Positions 1 to 10,245 of a stretch of DNA of 20,611 nucleotides are shown here, in pieces. This DNA is from Octopus sinensis (Eukaryota). A program made the position numbers and the translations under genes. The notes beneath the pieces were generated by a model. It made no database searches. It worked only from the letters and a program-made list of their open reading frames with translations, and was not told the DNA's origin. The stretch spans positions 1-20,611 of the forward strand of contig NW_021823971.1 in the NCBI RefSeq assembly GCF_006345805.1, in the 5' to 3' direction. Every line of letters begins with the position of its first letter. Position 1 is the stretch's first letter.

Positions 1-209
1 AGAGACACACTCACTAACGCAGAGACGCACAGACACAATGCATAGAACACACTTGCCCACGAATGTACAACACACATATAGATACATACACAAACAAATG
101 CAGAGACACACGCAAACAGATGCATGCTTTCTCTCACTCTCTCTCTCTCTGTCACACTCGTGTACATACGTACATACATACAAGCATACATGCGTATATA
201 ATTATATAC
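1..209. repeat. Degenerate CA/CT/TACA low-complexity sequence
   Basis: Runs of acac, ctctctct and tacataca with no coding signal. Confidence 0.75.
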
Positions 210-480
210 GGTGGAGGCACTTGGTCTAGTGGTTAGAGCAGCGGACTCGCGGTCGAGGGATCATGGGTTCAAATCTCAGAGCAAAACACGTAAGCTCCAC
301 GCGGCTTCGGCAGAAGGTAATGAGCTGACTCTTTCACCACAACTGTCTCTCACTCTTTCCTCCTGCATCTTGCAGCTCACCTGCGACGGACCGGCGTCCC
401 GTCCAGGTAGGGAACCCATACGCCAAGGAAACCGGGAAACCGGCCCTTAAGAGCCAGGCATAACTCGAGAAGGAACAAAC
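210..480 (+). mobile_element. tRNA-derived SINE (family I, short-tail variant)
   Basis: Pol III A-box tggtctagtgg (222-232) and B-box ggttcaaatc (266-275). The body is homologous to the minus-strand element at 5122-5640. Ends in aacaaac. Confidence 0.85.
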
Positions 481-1200
481 ATACATATATACACATATAT
501 ACTCCCACTTTCATATATAGTTATACTGAGCCATACACTGGTAAGTACACACATCACACGTATGCACACTTGCGCATACACACTTCACAAGAACGTACAC
601 ACACACATACATACTCAACAGCACAAGTACACAAACTAACATTCACACACACACGCTCTCTATCTTTTCCACACTCATATGTATTCACATATCAACACTA
701 TCTTACACCTATAGTTAAACTGAGACATACATATTCAAATGCATATATCACATACATGCATACATGTACGCACATTTACTGCAAACACATACACATACAT
801 ACACATATCGCGCACACATTCATCATAAACGCACAACCATCTCATACACGCACGAAGACAAAGATATAGAGATACACCGCAACACGTGTCGATTCGGTTA
901 GATCCATGGACGTAATCATTACATTCTCACGCCACAAACAAACAACCGGATTACACATATACTACAAAAGTGGATACACACACACGCACGCACGCACTCT
1001 AACAGACAAGCTTCCCATATTCATGCACGTCACGGGTAACCCCAAACACATACACATGCACACACACACACACACACACCACACCACACACACACACACA
1101 CACTATGTGTCATGCAATATGACTCTCTCCAGACGCAACATAATTTGCTTCAACTCACGAGTTCACATAAAGAATCTTGCAAACCAGATAAAAAACGAAG

Positions 1201-1277
<77 letters not shown>

Positions 1278-1283
1278 TATATA
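481..1283. repeat. Low-complexity CA/TA region ending in (CA)n, (TC)n and (TA)n runs
   Basis: (CA)n about 1058-1102, (TC)n about 1200-1226, (TA)n about 1227-1283. Confidence 0.85.
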
Positions 1284-1495
1284 AGGGGAGAATTCACAAA
1301 AATACCCAACAAAAGACGAAGACAGGTGGTGTAGACAACAAACAGATGTATTAGTATAACTCTTGGGAAGTGAAAAAGTCTTTAACGTTTCGAGCCTACG
1401 CTCTTCCACAGAAAGAAACACGGAAAGAACATCATGGCGAAGGCCGGACAGAAGGGTCACACAGGAGATCTAGGGAGAAAGGGAGATAATAAAGT
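1284..1495 (-). mobile_element. Probable Penelope-like element terminal (pLTR) fragment
   Basis: Non-coding segment carrying a minimal hammerhead fold at 1379-1416. Minimal type I hammerheads with a palindromic helix III are characteristic of Penelope-like elements. Boundaries are approximate. Confidence 0.5.
1379..1416 (-). ncRNA. Minimal type I hammerhead ribozyme-like motif, variant core
   Basis: Minus strand reads UCUUU-CUGUGGA-A-GAGC-GUAG-GCUC-GAAAC-GUU-AAAGA. Helix I is UCUUU/AAAGA, helix II is GAGC/GCUC, helix III is the palindromic ACGU, and the triplet is GUU. Confidence 0.65.
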
Positions 1496-1496
1496 A

Positions 1497-2272
1497 GTGG
1501 TGATCAAGGTTACTGGTTCAAAAGATTTGGTGAATGTCATGTACGAATAGCTGCACAACCCCATCACCTTGTTAAATGCCGACAAAGTAACACCAGAGTG
1601 GTTGACTATGGGTAGGACAGTGCTGTATGTGAAAGGCATCGAAAACGTTAATACGGTAGACAATTACAGGTCCATATCCTGCCTGTCACCTATGTGGAAA
1701 TTATTGACTGGAACAGTCGCAGAGTCAATGTATGGACATCTGGGAAAAAATGGAGTCTTGTCACATGAGCAGAAAGGGTGCAAGCGTAAGTGCAGAGGTA
1801 CCAAGGATCAACTCCTGGTAGACAATACTGTAGATAGGGACTGCAAGAGGAGTAAAACTAACTCAGGCATGTCATGGATCGATTATTGCAAGGCATATGA
1901 TATAATCCCACATTCTTGGATTATGGAATGTATTACCCTATTTGGTATTGCATCGAATGTTGAGCGATTGCTTGGAAAAAGTATGGCGAAGTGGAGGAAG
2001 GAACTGATAGCTAATGGAAGTTTAGGGACAATAGAAATCAAGAGAGGTATCTTCCGAGGGAACTGCCTGCCCCCACTGATCTCTGTACTGTTCATGATAC
2101 CACTAACACTGATTCTGAGGAAAGCAAAGGCTGGGTGCATATTCAAGAGCTGCCAACAGAAAGTTTTGGAACCGCTCGAATACTCCGGATGGTGCTCAAA
2201 AAATAAGTGTTGTTCAGTGGCAGTAAACAGCTGACACCATCGCACATCTCCAGCGTTAGAAGCTGTGCAAAG

Positions 2273-2273
<1 letters not shown>
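1497..2273 (+). mobile_element. RLE-type non-LTR retrotransposon (R4/Dong-like), 5'-truncated and internally deleted; RT pseudogene (copy A)
   Basis: QGYWFKRF...GRTVL...NYRSISCLSPMWKLLTG...EQKG...KDQLL...WIDYCKAYD..PHSWI...RGIFRGN (degenerate QGD). It then jumps to the ORF C-terminus GTARILRMVLKK* (stop about 2204-2206), a short 3'UTR and an (AAT)n tail. Confidence 0.9.
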
Positions 2274-2359
<86 letters not shown>

Positions 2360-2373
2360 TAATAAAAATAAAA

Positions 2374-2407
<34 letters not shown>

Positions 2408-2450
2408 GGAGGAGGAGGAGGAGGAGGATGATGATGATGATGATAATAAT
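2274..2450. repeat. Compound trinucleotide microsatellite (AAT)n-(GAT)n-(GAG)n-(GAT)n-(AAT)n
   Basis: Read directly. Confidence 0.97.
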
Positions 2451-3476
2451 ACCTATATTTACCACAAGGGTTTACATTAGCAAAATTATTATGGACAGTA
2501 CAGGATAAAACAAAGAATGTGTGTGAGTGTGTGTTGAGGGGGTTTTGCGTGTAAACAAGACTAACAAAATTGTGAAAAGATCAACAATGTGTGATCCTCA
2601 ATAAGGAGAAGGCGTTCGAGGGCTGCTCATGGAAAAACTCTATAAAAAACCATGGGTAACCTGACTTTTGGCTCAGGGGCCTTTCTTATTTTCCTTTTTT
2701 TTTTTTTCAACTACAGGTTTATACTCAGTGCAGGCCCATTCTCATGCACTATTTTCGCCACTTTTATCCACCTTTCAGTAAACTGGCTTGAAGACAACAC
2801 TTTTCTTTCTACCCTTATTTTCCTTTTCAAGTGAAACTTGAAGAAGTTGATCAGAGAAGTTGATCAGAGAAAAGTGTTTGTCTTCAGCCCTTTCAATCTC
2901 GTCCACCATGCAACCTCACCAGGCATATAAACACAACCTTTGCTTCCCGGTTAAAGGAAGGCGGAGGGGCGATCTTCACGATGGATTTAGTTGGCAGTCG
3001 GATCTGTCCCACATGCGACAGCAGGTGTTCCACAAAATCCCACTTGTCAGTAATGCTCGGTCACTGGACGAGTGCATGCAGGACCATCTCGTCGTCCTGC
3101 GCGCACCTTGGACATGCTCGGCTAACGACACTTCCATGCTTGTAAAGTTTATCTCGAACAGGCAAAGATTCCTGGTAACACTGCCAGGCCGGAGATTTTT
3201 GGAAATTGTCCGTCGGTCCCAGCTCAAAAGTTCTCCGGAAGAGAATGACAAGCTGATCTTCTTTGACACCTAAGGTCTCCCCAAGAACGTTGTCGCACTT
3301 TTCCTTCACTAATCCTCTATAAAATGCTAAAGTGGACGTCCCACCTATCGCAATGTCCAATTGGTTGAGGGCTGTGAGAACTTGAAGACATTCCACTTTC
3401 CAAATGCTCCCACTCGCTTTCTGTTTTACCCAGGACTGCAGATCCGTTAAAGAAACTAGCTGCAAATACCAAATAA
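2451..3476 (-). mobile_element. L1/Tx1-like LINE 3' fragment (ORF2 C-terminus with zf-RVT/CCHC knuckle plus 3'UTR), pseudogenised
   Basis: Minus translation ...AWQCYQESLPVRDKLYKHG...CPRCAQDDEMVLHALVQ*(C to stop)PSITDKWDFVEHLL...WWTRLKGLK...ERWIKVA...NL* (stop 2711-2713), followed by about 260 nt of 3'UTR running into the microsatellite. Confidence 0.8.
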
Positions 3477-3998
3477 TTGTTACATATGCATGCCTCAGGA
3501 ATATCAATAGTATCTTCAGCGAGATTATGAAGAGAGCTTTGAAGAAATCCACTTCCAAGATGTAGTAGCCACCTCACAAAATCTTGTTCATTCGCATTTG
3601 TTGACATGTTTTGTGTAAGTTGCATTTCATGAAAATTATCTCACATAGAAGAGCGTTTGAGGCAGGCATCAAGTACAACTGCAGGAGGGGCTCTGGGAAT
3701 GACTGGAAGAACTTGTCTAAAATCTCCTCCTAGTACGATAATTTCCCCACCAAATGTACTATTACTATTCATAATGTCTCTTGAACAATTATCTATAGCT
3801 TTCAAAGTATAAATTAGTATCATTGAAGCTTCGTCAATAATGAAGATTTTTACTCGCCTAAGAATGTTTCCTTGATCAGAATTTGGTGGAACATTGCACA
3901 CACGTGTTTCACTCAAGGGAACTGGAAGCTTGAATACACTGTGAAGAGTTTTACCACCTTTCAAGAGCGTTGCCGTAATGCCAAGGGAAATAACTCGA
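3477..3998 (-). pseudogene. PIF1-family helicase fragment, Helitron Rep/Hel type
   Basis: GITATLLKGGKTLHSVFKLP (motif Ia region), IIDEASM (II), GGDFRQVLPV (III) and LTQNM (IV). ORFs 3641-3964 and 3317-3625 are in the same frame, separated by a single TGA at a Trp position. Confidence 0.9.
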
Positions 3999-4072
3999 AT
4001 TTAATCCTGTCTTATCTCCCTTTGCGTGACAGACACCGCCTGTACACGCGTATTAATAATATTGATTATTAG

Positions 4073-4283
4073 TAATTTTACTATCGGCACAAGGCCTGAA
4101 ATTTGGGGGAGGGGTGGACGATTACATTGGCCCCAGCGTTTCACTGGTACTTAATTTATCGACCCCGAAAGGATGAAAGGAAAAGTCGACCTCGGCGGAA
4201 TTTGAACTCAGAACGTAGCAGTAGACGAAATACCGCTAAGCAGTTCGTCTAGCGTGCTAACGACTCTGCCATCTCGTTGCCTT
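4073..4283 (-). mobile_element. tRNA-derived SINE family II, tail type A
   Basis: Shares the core ggtacttaatttatcgaccccgaaaggatgaaagg..aaagtcgacctcggcggaatttgaactcag with 7 other monomers in the window. B-box gagttcaaattcc on the minus strand. Confidence 0.92.
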
Positions 4284-4284
4284 A

Positions 4285-4331
<47 letters not shown>
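4284..4331. repeat. (AAT)n microsatellite
   Basis: Read directly. Confidence 0.97.
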
Positions 4332-4333
<2 letters not shown>

Positions 4334-4479
4334 GTGTGCAAATATTCGTTTATATAAATGTATCTAGGACTCAAACGCTTAGCAAATTACAGTATGGCGG
4401 CAGCAGCAGTAGTAGTAGTAGTAGACATACAAATGGATTGATATTTCAAACTCATTGGTCGAAACATATCTCAGTTATA

Positions 4480-4489
4480 CATGTATATG

Positions 4490-4521
<32 letters not shown>

Positions 4522-4595
4522 TGTATGTATGTATGTATGTATGTATGCATGCATGCATGTAAGTATGTATGTATGTATGTATGTATGTATGTATG

Positions 4596-4626
<31 letters not shown>

Positions 4627-4673
4627 ATATCTGTATATATATATATATATACACACACACACATATGTATATA
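4480..4673. repeat. Compound (ATGT)n-(ATGC)-(ATGT)n-(ATCT)n-(AT)n-(AC)n microsatellite
   Basis: Read directly. Confidence 0.95.
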
Positions 4674-5055
4674 TCTCTCTCTATATAAACGGCAGTTTGT
4701 CTGTGCGTTTTCTGTGTGTCTGTTTTCTCGTACCCTCACTCTGACCACGGCTTTCAACCGATTCTGATGAAACTTGACACACACATAGCCCAATGTCATA
4801 ATTCAAAACTAACGCAGCGAAAATTTTGAAAAGTTTCCCCAGTTCTGAAAAAAATCGATAAATTCGACATGGGGTCGAGAATCAGAAACCCAAACCACAG
4901 ACCGTCTAGGGGACGCAACTCCACCTTTTTTAACTCTCAAAAAAATTTACCATCATTTTTTTTCCATTTTTTTGCTATTTTTTGGCTATAACTCTCTAAA
5001 AATGCTTTATAGTTATTTCCCTTACAAACCTGAGCAACGCCGGGCGATACTGCTA

Positions 5056-5056
<1 letters not shown>
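4674..5056 (+). mobile_element. Non-autonomous Helitron
   Basis: 5' A|TCTCTCTCTATATAAAC. 3' GC-rich imperfect hairpin cctgagcaacgccggg (5029-5044) followed by CTAG|T (5053-5057). No TSD; inserted between A and T. Confidence 0.85.
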
Positions 5057-5093
<37 letters not shown>

Positions 5094-5118
5094 TATATGT
5101 ATATATATGTATATATTC
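5057..5118. repeat. (TA)n microsatellite
   Basis: Read directly. Confidence 0.95.
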
Positions 5119-5121
5119 ATA

Positions 5122-5640
5122 TTGTTGTGACCCCCTTCGGTCATGAACGACCATTGGATTGCACCGAGAAAGTTACCCTCCGCGGCACATGTCAGGGTAA
5201 GATTGTTTGTGGAAGGCTAGCAGTCACCCAGGCATACCAGCCTCCCTTCTCCACGCCACCGATGTTATCCAAGGGAAAGGCAAAGGCCGATACAGCTTGG
5301 CACCAGTGACGTCGCAGCTCCTTTATTAACGTGCAAGTGGCTGAGCATTCCACAGACACGTGTACCCTTAACGTAGTTCTCGGGGAGATTCAGCATGACA
5401 CAGAGTGTGACAAGGCTGGCTCTTCGAAATACTGGTGCAACAAAAACAGGAAGAAAGAGTGAGATAAAGTTGTGGTGAAAGAGTACAGCAGGGTTCACCA
5501 CCATCCCCGGTCGGATCCACGTGGAGTTTTAGGTGTTTTTGCTCAATAAACACTCACAATGGCCGGTCTGGGAATCGAAACCGCGATCCTACGACCTCGA
5601 GTCTGCTGCCCTAACCACTGGGTTACATTGCACCTCCACA
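5122..5640 (-). mobile_element. tRNA-derived SINE (family I, long-tail variant)
   Basis: Minus strand starts gtggaggtgcaatgtaacccagtggttagggcagcagactcgaggtcgtaggatcgcggtttcgattcccag (A/B boxes) and is homologous to 210-364. It then has a different 3' region of about 320 nt ending acaacaa. Confidence 0.85.
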
Positions 5641-6224
5641 TGTATTTATATATATTTATAAGATAAAATAAACGATAAGATAAATTTAATGTAATGAAAT
5701 TCTACACAGATCTGTTACACGCTGCACTCTTATCGGTAAGCATAAACAAAGGAGGATTCCTTGACATGTTTCATGGTTTGTTGAACATTCATCAATGGTC
5801 AAATACTCGTAATTCATCGGTTTTCGAAGAATGCTTTTGGCAAGTCGCTATTTGCATCATTCACAGACCAGAACTTTTCTGTAATAGCTAGGCTAATATG
5901 CATATCACGCCTTTGTCCGTGGTGTAATTAAATAATTAATGAATATTTATGTACAGCACAGCTTGTATTAGAAAAGCTAAAATGAATTAAACTGGTTAAA
6001 TTACAGATTCTATGTCTTATGCTGTGGAAGTTTAAACAGATATAAATACACCTTGTTCTTTTCTTTGTACACAAAAACATAAAGGAGACTACCTGCTCTT
6101 ATATGTTTGATGCTTGCTGACCACTCATCAAAATCAAGAATTTTCTGCTTAATATTTCTGCCAACGAAGGGATTCACGTATATTACCATTAAATACATGT
6201 AATATACACGTATTTATTTATACT

Positions 6225-6398
6225 CTTATACATTTACGTACATACATATATACATATATGCATACATGCATATATACATACATGCATATATACATATATA
6301 CATACATACAAACATGCATATATGCATACATACATACATACATACATACATACATACAGACAGACAGACAGACAGACATGAATGCATACATACATACA
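6225..6398. repeat. (TACA)n/(CAGA)n microsatellite
   Basis: Read directly. Confidence 0.92.
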
Positions 6399-6631
6399 TA
6401 TTTCTTTACTACCCACATGGGGCTAAACACAGAGGAGACAAACAAGAACAGACAAACGGATTAAGTCGATTACATCGATCCCCAGTGCGTTACTGGTACT
6501 TAATTTATCGACCCCGAAAGGATGAAAGGCAAAGTCAACCTCGGCGGAATTTGAACTCAGAACTTAACGGCAGACGAAATACGGCTAAGCATTTCGCCCG
6601 GCGTGCTAACGATTCTGCCAGCTCGCCGCCC

Positions 6632-6632
<1 letters not shown>
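6399..6632 (-). mobile_element. SINE family II, full length, tail type B
   Basis: Head aaggcggcgagctggcagaatcgttagcacgccggg..., B-box, family core, and tail ...ccccatgtgggtagtaaagaaata. Nearly identical to 14895-15118 in the opposite orientation. Confidence 0.95.
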
Positions 6633-6662
<30 letters not shown>

Positions 6663-6679
6663 CATACATACATACATAC
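6633..6679. repeat. (TACA)n microsatellite
   Basis: Perfect repeat between the SINE head and LINE copy D. Confidence 0.97.
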
Positions 6680-8940
6680 GATAGAATTGATGTTTGGAGA
6701 GGACACTCACTTGCAAACTGATTACCCTCAAGCAGGAGCTAAAAGAGACTAACCGAGAGAGCAAGAAGCAAAAAATTTAACCGCAACCAGGCAGCTGTAT
6801 ACAGAGACATGAGAGGAGGAGCAGTAAACATCACGAAAGCTCCTTCACGAGAAGACATAAACTCCTTCTGGAGGAAAATCTGGAGTGAAGAGAAGGAGCT
6901 TCACCATGATGCATTGTGGCTAGAAAAAATCAAAAAAAGTTATTGCTTCTTCATTACACCGAAGACCTACAGCATTGATAGTGATACCCTTGCAACTGTG
7001 ATCCAGAAACTTCAGGATGGGAAAGCATCTGGAAGACTGATTGTTGGATATTATTACAAGAAGGTCACATTCTACAAGACTATATCTTATCAATCTGTAC
7101 CAGCAAGATTTTATTGGGAACAGTAGCATACAACACTGTTTAGCTCTGGCAGAGACAAAATTGACCTTCAAATGCAAAATCACCCACATGGCAAAAATCT
7201 AGCGGCCAATTTGCATGCCAGAACTTAATGTATAAAATATATACAACATGTTTAAACCTCTTCCTCCAGGACCATTGTGAAACCAATAACAATATCACAG
7301 CAGAACAAGCAGCTGGGAAGAAGGGAGTCTGGGGATGTGCCGAGCAATTGTTAATCAACAAAACTGTGATGCCAGAGGTGCGAGAGCGTAGGAGGAACCT
7401 AGTTTCAAAGTGGCTAGACTACAAGAAAGCCTTTGAATCTGTTTCCCACTCATGGATGGTAAAAGCCCTTCAACTTGCTAAGGTTCCAGTGAGAATAGTC
7501 AAAGTCATAGCTGACCTGACTTCATCGTGGGCCACCATCTTGAAATTAAACACAAACAGTGAATGACTTAAAACTTTATGCAAAGAATATGCATGAGATG
7601 AAAACGACTTTTGACCTGGTTACAACATTCTCAAAAGATGTAGGGTTGGAGACTAGTAATATCTCCATTAATGATTTGACAGGTATCTAGGGGAGGATGA
7701 AAATATATCTTACAGTAGGTATTTGTAACACAACACGTGTCACTTAAGAATATTGCAGCCGAATAAAGAAAATTTGGACCTCAGAACTCTCTGCATTCAA
7801 TAAAACAGTGGCCCACACTGTGTTTGCAGTGTCAGTACTCACACCAGCAAGAAAGAGGCTTAAGATCGATCCAAAAATCCTTGAATGTCGCATTATATCC
7901 CTTCTGCAACATATTTTAACCACCAAGTGTCGAAGTGCATCCCTTGATCAGGTTTGCACACATGAGGTTGATAACATCATAAGAATTGGAAGGCAGCTCC
8001 TTGAACAATACTCTTTGACTGATAACCTAGAATACATACCCAAAGAAGTCTCACGACTCTACTGCAACATATAATCAGATGAAAGGATGAGCCTTATGAC
8101 AGAAGACTATGCATGGATATGCTACTAGAAAGCTCCGTAATGATAGTAATATCGATCATCAAAGCAGTTTATCATGGACCAATAGCCGGATTACTACCCC
8201 CTAGTTTGAAGGGTATGCGTTTGCAATCCAGGAACAGGGAATATCAACCAAGTACCTGATGCACAAAAGGGATAGGTATGCAGGTAAAACCGTAAAGTGT
8301 GACAACCGATGCAGACTTTGTGGAGTTCATACTGAAGTTATCATCCTCATCATAAGCAGTTGTCCGAAAATTTCATCACGGTATTATCTACCGATAGATA
8401 GGACACTCTATAATGAAATCCATCGGGAGGATAATCCCGAGGACAAAAAAATAAGAACCCACAATATGGTAGAAGCCATAACCACTCATAATAAAAAGGA
8501 ATACTGGTGGAATATACCAGTGAAGACCTCAATAAAATGCAAGCACAATATACTTGATATAATGATTTGGGATAGGGAAGAGAAACTGTGCATGCACAGT
8601 TGTAGGAATTAGCCGCCCAGCGGATGTTAACATAAAGCTGAAGATCAGTGAAAACGAGAACACCTATGCTGAACTATTGAGAAATACGCAGTTACTTTAT
8701 CGAGATTACAAGTTCAAGTTTATACCTGTAATTATTGGAGCTCTGGGATATGTAACACACTATCTAAATAACAATCTTGAGAAATTAGGCTTCCCAAAAC
8801 CAGAAAGGAGAAAGCTAATTCGAAGACTACAGATCCAATCCATCACTGGAACTGTAAAAATCTGTAAAACTTTCCAGAAGTTTATCATAGATATGCAACT
8901 ATATGCATGAGAATGCATACATAAAACATACTAATCTGCA
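6680..8940 (+). mobile_element. RLE-type non-LTR retrotransposon (R4/Dong-like), 5'-truncated and degenerate; RT + CCHC + RLE pseudogene (copy D)
   Basis: FWRKIWS...EQAAGKKG..GCAEQLLINK...WLDYKKAFESVSHSW (RT2-3); DLKLYAKN (end of RT5, with RT4 deleted near 7560); RYLGEDE (RT7); CRLCG..E....IISSC (knuckle); HNILDIMIWD and the RLE region; FIPVIIGALG...GTVKICKTF. Many frameshifts and stops. Confidence 0.9.
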
Positions 8941-9060
8941 CATACATACATGCATACATACATACATACATACATACATAAATGCATACATACATACATA
9001 TGCATGCATACCTACTTACACGCAAACGTACCCCCACACACACATGCACACAAATATATA
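8941..9060. repeat. (CATA)n then degenerate (CA)n
   Basis: Read directly; begins at the 3' end of LINE copy D. Confidence 0.9.
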
Positions 9061-10245
9061 CATTCGTACACATTGTCACAAGTTCTCTTACAGTTTCTTA
9101 AATTATATAAAGATTGATATAACCATATGTAACGTGGTTTATAGCATTATATATTATGTATACCACATTAGCGTATTGTACTCTATTATAATATTATTGT
9201 AGTTTATTTTATATGCATTAAACCTCCCCCAACATGCTCTTCGACGTAATAATGGGGGTTTATGATTGAGTTGAAATTAGTGAAAGTATTGTTTTATTTT
9301 TACTATCGAATTTAAAGCTAAAATCACCATAATAAACACAGTGTTCTGTTCCTTTATAACTCAGACATTTAACTGACTTATCAAAATTTATGTATATTCT
9401 TCAAAGATCTTGGTTCACCAATCATTATAGATATAAATTTTACAAGAAATACTTTCTGAAGCACTAAACTACTTCGATATGCAATCTAATCCTATTCCCA
9501 AGAATATAAATAACCTTTTAGTCAAAAATATATCATTCATGTGGATAAGATCACTCTGCTAACAAAGGAACTGTTGATGATTCTTTGAAATATTGCAATG
9601 ATACGCTTCATTTAAATAGATTTAAAAGGAAACATTTATACACATTCATACACTGAAGAAACTGCTAAAGTCAACACATATAGAAATAGAAAGTAAATCA
9701 TTATTTGGTATAAAATGCCCTTCTGTATAGTTGTTGTATCCCCATCACTGAATTATGTTTTATTGAATAAGCACTTTCCCCTTTAGCACAAATACTAAAA
9801 TATTTTTAATAAAAATATTATTATGCGCCACCTTCGCTGATTTGGCTCAAAAATGAAATACTCCAAACCTAGATAAATCGAACCCAGTAGCACCTACACT
9901 AACTTAATACTTGTCCTCTCAATTTTGATTGTGTAACTTTGTCTTGCCAAAGCTATAAAGTAGTAATGTGACGTACAAAATACAACTCAACTTGAATATA
10001 CACTGGCCTTACTCCTAATCGTCTTATATTCCGTTTCAGTACTACACATATTCATTTAGAAACCCGACTAAAAGCAAAACATGCATATACAAACACATAT
10101 ACACATAGAAACAGACACACACACACAAACACGCACATATCTAATGAGTTATATGTATACTCAACGGTAACAGTCAATATGCCTGTTAATATAAGTTCGA
10201 CATAAGTTCAAACCTTTACTTGTACATGTGTCTATCACTGAAAAA

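Noticed and set aside
210-280. Functional tRNA genes at SINE heads (also 5570-5640 and 14105-14150)
   Set aside because: A/B boxes are present, but there is no complete cloverleaf or acceptor stem, and each runs into a SINE body.
4762-4780. ctgatgaaac as a hammerhead core
   Set aside because: No helix II between CUGAUGA and GAAA; it lies inside the Helitron.
9219-9262. Short inverted repeat taaacctcccc...gggggttta
   Set aside because: Imperfect, about 9 bp, no supporting context; expected by chance.
9100-10240. Host exons in the AT-rich unique region
   Set aside because: No ORF of 60 aa or more in the track beyond 9202, no recognisable domain and no convincing splice-site pair; small exons cannot be excluded without RNA data.
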